Shown here: piece by piece, positions 11,896 through 23,800 of the stretch | Layout: every line of letters begins with the position of its first letter | How positions within the stretch are numbered: position 1 is the first letter of the stretch | Assembly (NCBI GenBank): GCA_024137785.1 | Contig: JAHRHZ010000002.1 | Span: 15,723,787 to 15,761,425, forward strand | Direction: 5' to 3' | DNA length: 37,639 nt | Source: Ginglymostoma cirratum | Lineage: Eukaryota | Position numbers and translations under genes: made by a program | Notes under the pieces: generated by a model | What the model saw: the letters and a program-made list of their open reading frames with translations, nothing else | Database searches by the model: none | What the model was told of the DNA's origin: nothing

Positions 11896-14800
11896 GTGAG
11901 GATCTGGCTGAGGGAGGGAGCATTGAATACCCGCAGGGTCTGCAGGATACGGGGCGCCGGATCCTGGCAGTGGATCCCATTCCCCGGAGCGACCTGGGAG
12001 CAGCTCCGGCCCCGGGATCTCTCTCTCTCTCTCTCTCTCTCAGCCTTTCTGCAGAGACATGTTGAGAATCGAGAAGTTTCTCTTCAGTTAAAAGTTTCAT
12101 CCCGTCGCCTTGGGGCTTGCAAATGGAAATTGTCTTTTCTTGTATTTCTTCCAGGGTTCCACTGTTTCCCCCAACTCCAACCCACTTCACCCCACCCTTC
12201 TCTCCCGGCTCTATGGAGCTCTTCCCTCCCTTCCAAGGCTCTCTAAATTCACCTGTTTCCCTCTGGGTTGTTTCATACTTGCAGGAATCTCCCAGCCAAC
12301 TTTCTCTTCTTTTCCCACAGGGCTCATTCATCCCCTCCTCAATCTCAATTACCCCTTCTCACTCCCTCGATCTCCCCATTCCCATTCCCCCCTCCCCATG
12401 CTCTGTCGTCCTCTCTTTCCCCATGCCCCTTCCCCCTCACTCTCCCCATGCCCGTTCCCCCACTCTCCCGGTCCCTTAAACCCCCTCATCCTTCTCCCTT
12501 TGCTTATACCACCTTCTTTCCCTCCTGCCATCTCCACACACCCCTTTCCAAAGAGTTTGGGAGACACAGACTATTACTCTAAACAAAGTATGATTTGACA
12601 TTGAAAAGAAACTCAAAGGAAAACTTTATTGAACTACAGACTTTCTTTGAACTATGCTCTTTCTCCCTCCTCTCCATGTATCCCTTTTCTCTCTTCCGTT
12701 CCCCCAGTACCCTTTCTTCCCATTTCTGTAAAAAAAATCCTGTAGCCATTTCAATCTTTGGCTAAGTCCACTTCATTACCATACGTTACTTGGTCACGAT
12801 CACATTTCTGTTTTGTGGGGTCTTGCTGTGTGAAAATTGACTGTCGGGTTTTTCACACTACATCAGTGATTTCACTGGCTGTGAAAGAGATTTTACAGAG
12901 ATCATGACAGGCGCTGTATAAGTGAGAATCTTGTGTAGAGCTGGATGAACACAGCAGGCCAAGCAGCATCAGAGGAGCAGGANNNNNNNNNNNNNNNNNN
13001 NNNNNNNNNNNNNNNNNNNNNNNNNNNNNNNNNNNNNNNNNNNNNNNNNNNNNNNNNNNNNNNNNNNNNNNNNNNNNNNNNNNNNNNNNNNNNNNNNNNN
13101 NNNNNNNNNNNNNNNNNNNNNNNNNNNNNNNNNNNNNNNNNNNNNNNNNNNNNNNNNNNNNNNNNNNNNNNNNNNNNNNNNNNNNNNNNNNNNNNNNNNN
13201 NNNNNNNNNNNNNNNNNNNNNNNNNNNNNNNNNNNNNNNNNNNNNNNNNNNNNNNNNNNNNNNNNNNNNNNNNNNNNNNNNNNNNNNNNNNNNNNNNNNN
13301 NNNNNNNNNNNNNNNNNNNNNNNNNNNNNNNNNNNNNNNNNNNNNNNNNNNNNNNNNNNNNNNNNNNNNNNNNNNNNNNNNNTCACATGTTAATGGATTA
13401 CTTTTGTTTCTGTTTTTCATGTCAATCACTTGGAGGGGACAATGTTGTGGCTGCCATTGGTTCATCAGTTTTACTGGATCCTGATCACGGAGCGAATCTC
13501 AGCGACAGTCAGATTGAATGGACGTTCAATAACAGCAGTGGAAAACTTGTTACTATTTTGGATTACGTACCAAATTCCCCAATCCAGAAACCAAATACAC
13601 ACTTCAAATCCCGTTTACGTTTTAATGCATCCAATGGATCAATGATGGTAGACAGTCTAAAACTCGGTGACCAAGGAATTTATACCATCACGGTGAATGG
13701 TACCTGGGAGAGGAGCATGGATCTGAAACTCATAGGTAAGCAATTTCAATACTTTATCACTTTGAAAATGACGGACATTTCAAATCATGAAACAGTTTAC
13801 AGCTTAAGGACTCTGTCATTGAATTGGGACAGGAATAAGCCATTCAGCTCCTCAAACCTATTCTACCCTTCCATGGTTGATCTGTACCTGGTTTCCATTG
13901 ACCTGCTTCGTGCCTTTCTGCCAGCTCCATGACCCAGCAGGAAACCTATTGATCTCATCTGGAAAATTTCAACTGACCCCAGCAGTCAATTCCATAATTC
14001 TTCCTATGGTGGTGTTGGGAGGGGGGAATAGTTAAATGATTTGTGTGTAAAATGGTCCAGCTGTAGCTTTTGAGATTATTCCGTCTTGTTCTGGGTTGTT
14101 CCATCAAGCAAATGTATACTGCTTGTCTTCATTCAAGATTAAACTAAAACTACTGATCAAGATGGAAGAAAGAAATGACAGAAATTGACCTTCAGCTTCT
14201 GCTGTCGTGCTGTATCTGTCATTCCGTCATTGTGGAATTCCTTGGGAATTGTGACCTATGATCTGTTGCCCTACTAGTCACCATAGTCCTGGAGGCTGCT
14301 CTCTCATTGAGACAGAGATGAGTTTTACCTGAGGGTCACCACATCTTAGGGAAGGGGCAAAGTTGAAAAAGTGGGATCTTCATGGTGACCTTAGCTAAGT
14401 ATGAGAATTGAACCCACACCCATTGGCATTACAGACCTGTATTGGTAGGGAGTTAGTTAGCTCAGTTGGCTGGGCAGCTGTTTTGGGTGCAGAGTAATGC
14501 TAACAGTCTGAGTTCACTATGAAGGCCCCATCTTCTTGACCTCATCCCTCTTTGTGGCATGGCGACCCTCAGATTAAACTACTACCAGTCCATGACTCAT
14601 GCACTGGAATGCCTCAGACATCATTCTTCATCGAAGTAATATTCTCTGTTGTGATTTTTTTAATTAGTCATCTGGCTTGTAAGAATACCAGTGTCAGCAC
14701 TCTTCAGAACGTAAACCATCCCAGCAGTACGGATCCCAATTTTCCTAGAATTAGCAGACACTTTTCCCAAACTGTTCTTTGAACCACACATTCACTTGTC

Positions 14801-17800
14801 TAATCTTATCCATCCTGTTGCCAATTTGCACGTGGCTCAGGTAGTAATCCAGAGATTATTACTTTTAAGATTCTGCTTTTTAAATTGGCATTTAATGTCT
14901 CACATTATCTCAGGAGAACCTGTTTCCTAACTCTGGTGCACATCGGTACTAACAATACTGGATCCTTCCCATCCCGCTGCAAATTCTCCGGCCTAGAGCG
15001 TCCCGAATCCTGGCACTGGACAGACAACACGGTGATCCGGACTTGCTGAGGAGGAGAGTGTCCGTCCCCCCTCACTAAACTGTCCCCTATATCACTACAC
15101 TCCTTACTCCACCCCCTCGACTTGAATGGCTCCCTGCAGCATGGTGCCGTGGCCAGTGAGCACATCTACTCTGCAGCCCTAACTCTCATCCTCAAACCTG
15201 TGGGGCCATTATAAAGGCTGAGGGTCCTGTGCTGCTACCCCCTGGGACCCCCTTTACCTGCCTCACTTGTTCCTAACCACTGACTGAATCAGGCCATCCC
15301 ATCATTTAGCGTGTGACTACCGCCTGAAATAAAGTGTCCAGGTAACATTCCCCTCCATCTTGATGTACTCCAATGTCTGCAACTTGACGTCCAGCTCGAT
15401 ATCTCTGATTTGAAGTCCCTGTAAACCTCATGCCCTTACTGCGGATATGTTTCCCCAGGGGACACTGGAATCCAGAAACTCCCACAGGGTGTAACTGCGG
15501 CTTATTCCCTGCCCTCTCTCCTTTGTGTTCATTAATTAGTAATTGCTAATTAGTTCATTTGTAACTAATACAGCCTCTGCCTCCCTCAGCGCTGCCATTA
15601 AAAAGACACTTGAAGGGAATGGGTGAAGAAAGAGAAGGTGGATAGTATTAGGATTGTGGTTAACCGTTCACCCATTTTGGGGATTTCAGACCAGGCTGTT
15701 CGCAAGTGACGTTTGTGTAATATATCGTGAAAATGTTCCCGATGAGTTAAGTACAAAGTGCAATTGGGCTAAGAAAGAGAGGTTGGAACTCTGTCAATGC
15801 CTCAGGAGAAGCTGCAAAAAGCGAAAAACCCTCGTGTACAGTGTTAATATCACAGTCCGTCTAATGTTCCAAGGATATGGATTCAAACCCCACCATGGTA
15901 AATGATGAATCTTTGTCCTGCTCATAAAAGCATGAGAGGGCATCCATTCAAAGTGATGTGCAAAAGAAGCACAACAGTGATGTGAGGAGGAAAAAAAAAC
16001 TTCGGGTGAAAGGGCAGGAGACTGGCCAGGGGAAAGTTAGTTGAGAGTGGAGCGAGAGAAAGCGACGTGCAGCGATGTCTGCAGCTTGACATCCAGCTGG
16101 GCCGAAGCAAGGGGAAAGCTGGGCAGTGTTACAGAGGTGGAGGTGTAGATAGCCTTTGTGATAGGATCAGAGGTTCGTCTCTACTCCAAAGCCAGCTGAG
16201 CTATATGTGAAAGACAGACCAGTTATTAAGCATACTAGCAGAATGCGAAGTAATAATACTGCCTTAACACTCGTTTCTTTTACCTGTTCAGAACCACTGT
16301 CAAAACCTTCGATTGTCAGTAATAGTACCTGTGTGGATACTCCCATTGAACTCATTTGCCAGGTGTCTGGGGGGAAAGAGGACTCTATTCTGTGGTGGAA
16401 AGACAACAAGATGTTAACAAGTAGTCAATATTATCAGTTAGTGCAAAACAACAGCACGTTGATTATTTCTGAAGCACAAGTATCAGACTGCGGGACCTAC
16501 ACTTGCACTGTAGAAAACCCTGTTAGCCAGAAGAATACTTCATATTCTCTCACGCTTCGTGGTGAGTCATGCCAATTGTTGACTTATTTTTTTTTCAAAG
16601 TAATACATTGCTGATCTCGTTTCCCTTCAATTTTTAACTTTGTATGTTTTCACCTTCACCTTTGAACTGGGAGAATATTTTACCGGAAAGGATGGTTGAT
16701 GAGCATGGCCGATGTTTGAGAAAATAGTTTGTGATGGGTCCTTGAGGAAGAAGCATTCTGGGAAGGGGAAAAAACCATGGTTGACCAGTGAAGTTAAGGA
16801 TTGTATCAAATTAAAAACAAAAACATTGATTGTGGCAAAGATAAGTGGTAAACCAGAGGTTGGGGAGAGTTTTAAAAGCCAACAGAAGGTGATCAAAAAG
16901 AATGGAGAAAATAAACTATGAGGATAAGCTACAAAATAATATAAAAATACACAGCAAGAGCTTCTTTAGTTATCTAAAAAGGAAAAGAGAGGCCAGAATG
17001 ACCATGGTGGCCTTAGGGAACAAAGCAGGAGAAACCAATAAATGGCAGAATCAAATAAATACTTTGCATCTGTCTTCATGGTGGAGGATATTAATGACAA
17101 TTACTTCCAAAAATAATAAATAATCATGGGGCTAAATTTGGTGGTCTGGGGGGAAGAGATGAAAATAGTAATTATCACTAGAGAGAGCGTACTAGGAAAA
17201 TTAATGGGACTAATAACCAATAAATCTACTGAACCAAGTGGTTTGCATGCAAAGATGCTATAGGAATAGTGGATACCCTGGTAGGAATCTTCCAATAATC
17301 CTAAGATAATGGAAAAATTCAAGGAGTTTGGAAAACTATCAATGTAACACTTTATTCAAAAAGAGAGAGAGTAAGAACAGGTAACTTTAGGCCAGTTAGC
17401 TTAACATCTATCATGGAAAATTTTAGTGACGATTACAAAGGACTTAATGGAGTCTTTATTAATGTATAATATAATCAAGTAGAGTCCGTATAGCTTCACA
17501 AAGGGGTAAGTCACCACAGTGCCAGAGGACTCATGAGAGAGAGATAACAGGTTGTGGTTTAACATGAGGGTCACCACAGACAAGGAGCAAGATTCAGAAG
17601 GCAGGATCTTCATGGTAATATCAGCCAGTTCAAGAATCGGACCTACACTTGGCATTACCAAACCAGCCTGTCTAGCCAACTGAGCTAACCTGATGTGGGA
17701 AGCGTGAAATACCAAATGAAAGTCCTTTGATTTACTTTTCTGATTGTGGAATCTCTGTTCAATTTTGTGACAGCGTGGAACATAATTTGCACTGCATCTG

Positions 17801-20800
17801 AAGTATGATACCAGTGTTAAATATGTGAAGCAAGTGCGGTTTTATAATCTATCACATAATGCCTTGAATAAGAGCAATTATATTGAAAAATGTACCCATT
17901 GGGAATTTGTAATCTGGTGTGAAAGTGTAGAAGGGAATGGTAAGGGATTTCGGAAGATTGTAGATAGAAGGTATTTGCTTTCCTGAGTGGTTTTGGAACA
18001 GTGAGATGAGAGCATATCCTAATGGTACCCTGTGTGGTCCAGGCAGATCTAATGGTGAATAGGAAAGTCCCAATTATCCACCACATCTGATCAAGTCTGT
18101 GTCCCATTGATTTACAAAGGAGTGTAAATGCTTGTCCTTCCAAATCTAATCACCTTCGAGCATTTGCGATGAAGTTGCACCAGTCTTTCATCCCACTGGA
18201 TTGTTTCTGCCCTCCAGAAGTCTATACTACATTGGCTTGCTGTTTACTCATGTCAGCCTAGTTTTCTGCCAACAGCAAATGTCAATATTGGGCTCCTAAC
18301 GCCAATTCAAACCACCCGTTTACAGCTCGGAGCCAGTGCCAAACAAAGCCAGTTGCCTTAAGTGCTTAGTTTTCCGCCAACTATCTAAATTTGTACTTAC
18401 TCATATTAGGAGGAATATTATTCAATGGCAGGATTTCAGGAAGGGAAATGAACGAGAAGCAAAAAGATTTCAGGATGCAACTCCAGAGCATGGGGGTGTG
18501 CATATGGCTGAAAGTACCTTGGAAGGAAAACACAGTGAGAAGTTTGAATAGTGGGATGAGAATGTTACATTGAAGACATTGTAGGATGTTCACCAATGTA
18601 AATCAGTGAGGACAAGGGTGGTAGGGCAGAGGAAGTTGGCAAAGGATCACATGCAACTGACACATATTCAGGTGGGCCGACCTTTAGGATGGACAGACAG
18701 TGGGAGATGGGTGAGGAAAAGGTGGTGTAGGCAGGGTTGCTGAATATTTTTAAGAGGGAAGTAGATGGATTCCGGTTAGGCAGGAGAGTTAAAGGTTATC
18801 ACGTGTGGATGGCAACGTGGAATTTGGAACACAAACACATCGACCATGATCTTATTGAACAGCAGAGCAGGTTCATAGGGCTGAATGGTCCACTCCTGCT
18901 CGTAATTCCAATGCTTGTACCTATAAGGTTTGGAATAGTCGAACCTGGAAGTGAGAGGGGGTTAAAAGGTCAGTATTTGAGTTGGGTTGAAGTCAGGGGC
19001 GAAGTGGAGAGCGGATGAAGGCAGTATGTATGATAGGATTGCGGGGTTGGGACTTTGAACCTATTTTCAGGAATGTGATATGTTTAAAGACAATGCGGGA
19101 GGGTGGCACAGCGGCTCAGTACGTTACATAATATCATTACAATAGCATTATGTGAAGCAGTAATGATGTCTACTTCTCAGACCTGTTTAGTGATGTTCAG
19201 GAGCACTTGCTCACATTAATGCTGCCTGTAGCTGATAACTAGCTTGTGGAGGGCTCTGATGTTTGTCTTGTGTTCGTGCCGCAGGAAGTGTACTTTTTTA
19301 AAAACTCTGAAGAGATTATTTACTATCTTTAAAAGGTGGAAGAAGTTCCTGTTTGTATTTTTAAAATCTGATTTGGCTCACACGATGACTTTCTTGTAAA
19401 ATTTCTATTTCAGGCCTGACACGTCTGCACCATAGCATTTTGGCATTTTCTGTTGCAGCATTGGTCACTGCTGGTGTCATACTGATCACTGCTGTTGCAA
19501 CTCATTTGGATAAAACCTTGCATGTGAGCGAGGACGGTAAAACATGTAAGTGAAAATTGTTTTTGCTGAAGGTTCAAAACTTAGAACTTAATTTTGCAGA
19601 TCCTGCAAAACTTTGAAAAATGATGCCCATGTCATGTTAAATATTGATCCTCAATTCTCAGAATCGACCCTTTGATTGCATGAACATTCTCTGCTTGAGT
19701 ATTGTTGATATCAATTTGCGTATTTTCCCAGGGCTTCCATTTATTCGAGAGAAGATGCGGCATTTGTTGAAGTTTGCACCAGTGTTTTCACTCCTTTTCT
19801 TTTCCGTTGCATGCGTATGTTGGATACTGACTGAAGGTAGCGTATGTTCACTCACTGTTACTTTTCTCATTTAGTAACTGCATTTCCAGTCTTCTTCAGA
19901 AATGCTGGACTGGGTGTTAGGGGACTCAGTGGTCACCAGATAAAAGTTAGGCAGGGCTTGGTGAGGGAAGTTGGGAAAATCTACCTACAATATCGCTGGC
20001 TGTTCCTCAGCGGTTTAACACCTGGAGCAGTGTTAATGTCCTTGAGGAGAGACTTCCAATTCAGTCACTGGCAGCCCCACTCCAGAACGCAGCCCAAACT
20101 CCAGGCAGCTCACAAAGAAGAGAAGCCCAAGCATTCGGGATGGATGGGTAACTCCGGGGTATCGCCAGGGCAGACCCCAGTGAGGGAGGTCATGGTGGTG
20201 GGGGGATGATTTGCGAGGCTGGGGTGAGGGCAAAAGGGACTTTCAGGAGCAGAATTCCTCCTGAAAAGGTAGTCCACCTCTGTCCTGCCCAGCCCTCACA
20301 ACTAAAGCTACAGGGCTACCTGCTGAGCAAGGGCCTTCCCTTGCTGTGGGTAAAACAAAAATGGCAGAGATGGGCTGAGGCTCCTCAGTGACCACCAGAC
20401 CAGCTGCCAGGGGGAAGGAGGGCCGTCTAATGCCCGATAGGGATTAGATAATAGAAAAGACACCAAGCTGGCGTCAAAGCAGAAAACAGAAGTGGATTGG
20501 AGGCCAGCATGGTGGCACTGAAGTCAGCACTGGACGGGTTCGATTCCTGCCTCGGGTGACTGTCTGTGTAGAGTTTGCACGTTGTCCCAGTGTCTGCGTG
20601 GGTTTCCTCCGGGTGCTCCGGTTTCCTCCCACAGTCGAAAGATGTGTGCGTTGGGGTGGATTGGCCATGCTAAATTACCCATAGTGCCCAGGGATGTGCA
20701 GGCCAAATGTTTTAGCCATGGGAAATGTGGGGATAAGGGGATGGGTCGGGGTGGGGCGTACTGAATGGGTTGTACTTCGGAGTGTCGGTGCAGATGCAGT

Positions 20801-23800
20801 GAGCTGAATGTCATTTTGCCACGCTGTAGAGATTCGATGATTCTAATAACAGTGACAAAGTCTAGCTTAGAGTGAAAAATAATGGAGGGCCATTTTCTGA
20901 CAGCACTGCACCCCGTGAAATTGACTGACAGCCATGAGAGTGTGGTTTGTGGACGGGATGGAGTGCCTTAGTGATTGTCTTCCATATTTGTAGATAATAT
21001 TGAGAGCTGCGACTTCTCTAAAGATGCTTCTTGCATTTTTAAATGCACCTTCGCAATACCAGGTGGTTCCTAGCTCATGCATTATTTTTTTCTTTGCTTG
21101 AAGTACAATCTGGATCCGAGCAGCATGCGATCACCAGCGTTACTGAAAGATAAGCAACTTACTGTGGCTGCCTTTGAAATTTGGCATTCTTGCATGTGTC
21201 CTGATGAGTGCAGAATGAAATGGCTCAATGGCATGTCCCTTTTCTTTTAATTCATTCATGGAATGAGGGCATCGCTGGCTAGGCCAGCATTTATTACCCA
21301 TCCCTAATTGCCCAGAGGGCAGTTAAAAATTAACCACATTGCTGTGGGTCTAGAGTCACATGTAGGCCAGACCAGGTAAGGATGGCACTTTCCTTCCCTA
21401 AGGGGCATTAGCGAACCAGTTGTTTTTTTTTTACATCAATTAGTCTCTTACTTCCAGATATTTGTTGAATTTAGATTCCACCATCTGTCACAGTGGGATT
21501 CGAGCTCTGGACCCAGAACATTACCTGCGTCTCTGGATTAACAGTCCAGCAATAATAGGACTACACCATTGCCTCCCCTGTTTCTTAGGAACTTTGAAGT
21601 TCTGTGCTACCAAGTAATTATCACCTGCTTTTCCTACAAAACAGGGTCCTTTTGCCTTTAACTGAGATGGAGTAAGGGACCTTGACTCTACACCTCATTC
21701 TAAAGAGAGTCCCTTCATTTGTGAAATGCTCTCTTAATGCTGTGCTGAATTGGGAGCTTAGATTATTTGCTCGCCTCTCTGAAATGGAACGTCGGTCTCA
21801 GATCCTCTCTCTTTGGGTTACTGTTTCTGCTAAATACCAGGCAGACTGTACCATACATCCATGAGGGTGGCTGCCTGAGTTTCCATCGATTACCTGAAAT
21901 AGATGGAGAATGGAATGGATTCTCACAGGACTGTGCCCTGATCCATCCAGCTTTCCTGGACGCAGAACATCCGAGCAATCCAGCAAGAGGAAGTCTTCCC
22001 CGTACATTTCTTCACCGGTTTGCATTCCCCAGAGGCACAGCNNNNNNNNNNNNNNNNNNNNNNNNNNNNNNNNNNNNNNNNNNNNNNNNNNNNNNNNNNN
22101 NNNNNNNNNNNNNNNNNNNNNNNNNNNNNNNNNNNNNNNNNNNNNNNNNNNNNNNNNNNNNNNNNNNNNNNNNNNNNNNNNNNCTCCTTCTGTTTTATTT
22201 GTTCACAGTTTGCCTAGACATGCACCATACGCTGACTTCACTGAGTCAATTCATTGCAAACCCAATCCCAATGGTGCATATAATAGGACATGCTGGTAAG
22301 TGTTCAAATGTAAAGTCATAGCCCAGAAATGGTTTCTGAAAGCAGCGACCCACAAAGAATCTTGTAATCGGAAGAGCCGATCACAGCTGTAGGTGATATA
22401 ACCTACCGCTGAATGAAGAGAGAGAGTGATCAACAGGAAATCCTTGCTTTGAGAATTGTTAGAGCATAGATTGCTCTGTCATTGGGAATTTTAAAAACAA
22501 CATTTACATTCAGAAGATATGAGTGTTGCTGCCAGCATTTATTTCCCATGAGAAGGTTGTATTGAGTTGCCTTTTTGAAACTACCACATTCCATTTAGGA
22601 GAATGATATCCATCCTCTTCCTCTTAAGGCAGGGACCATTGCATCTTTTCAAGGAGAACAGAGCCTTGTGATTAGGCTTAGGATTACTCTCGCAACATAC
22701 CCTCACGAACCCAATGGGCCAAGTGACTTCCTTCTCCTCTTTCAAAACTTGAAGTCAAGTTAAACAGCCACTGATTGGGCGCTGTAACAGAAACACAAAC
22801 TAACAGTGAAAGGGAACTTAGAATGGGCAAACTTGAAGCTTAGTAAATCGATGTACCGTGTCAGGGGTCAGCCCACCATGGAGCCCACTGGCCTTGAAAG
22901 GCTCCACATGCTCCCTCTTCATGGACACTTGAGCATGGACATGTAAACAGCAAAATGGGGGCAGTCAGTCCAGTATAGTGATCTCCTCCATAGCCCACTG
23001 CCTGGACTGGTTCCATATTTACACTTTGATCTTTGACCTTCCGATCTCTCCACAGTCTACCTACATGGGGTGCCTGTGGATCAGGAGCGTGGTGCCAAAA
23101 TCAGGGGCAGCCCCTTCAAAAAAACTTAGGAGGGGTTTCAAGCGAGAACATTCAACAGAAATGTGGAAAACCATTTCACCCCAGACCACAAAAACTACAT
23201 GTGGCCTGGCAGCCATTTATTTATTAGTGACTGTGTTCTTTGCTGTAAAAATATATGGGTCTGTAAGTTAAGAATTGCCCGAAGGTACATCCAGTTTTTA
23301 TATTTATCCCTTTATCAACCTATGACTGTGTGTAATTTTGTTCACTTTTTTGATCTTTTAATAGGGCATTCTGGAATCAATGTTGTTCTGTCAATGTCTT
23401 GGCTTCTCCATCTCACAGTAGTACTTTTAAATTATCGTTTCATCTGTGACAAACCCATGTTAAACAAGATCATCTCGAACAAGTGTAAGTTGACAATTGT
23501 AGTTGTTAATCTCACTCTTATCCAAACCTTTCCCAATGGTAAGAGCCTTAATTAAATTTTCGCTGGCAATCTCCACTCCGTTGAGACAGTCCCATCAATT
23601 TTAGCCCACAACGTTATATCCTCATTACAGGAAAGATGTGGAAGCTTTAGAGAGGGTGCAGAGGAGATTTACCAGGATGCTGCCCGGACTGGAGGGCAGG
23701 ACTTATGAGGAAAGGTTGAGGGAGCTAGGGCTTTTTTCATTGGAGCGAAGAAGGATGGAGAGGTGACTTGATAGAGGTGTACAAGATGATAGAGACATAG

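Larger units (their letters stand above)
11585..12015 (+). promoter_or_regulatory. CpG-rich promoter / first-exon region with GC boxes
   Basis: Local CpG enrichment in an otherwise CpG-poor window, several CCGCCC (Sp1-type) motifs, directly around exon 1. Confidence 0.7.

Noticed and set aside
12110-12598. Pro/Ser/Leu-rich ORFs in intron 1
   Set aside because: Low-complexity pyrimidine-rich DNA that lacks stops in several frames.
12853-13484. Long ORFs across N-runs (also 21767-22321)
   Set aside because: Artefacts of translating assembly gaps.
19592-19610. 8-bp hairpins in intron 4 and in the 3' UTR (31021-31037)
   Set aside because: Stems this short are expected by chance in 37 kb.
19841-19847. 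Alternative exon-5 donor agc|gtatgt
   Set aside because: Phase 0, incompatible with the phase-1 acceptor frame of exon 6.
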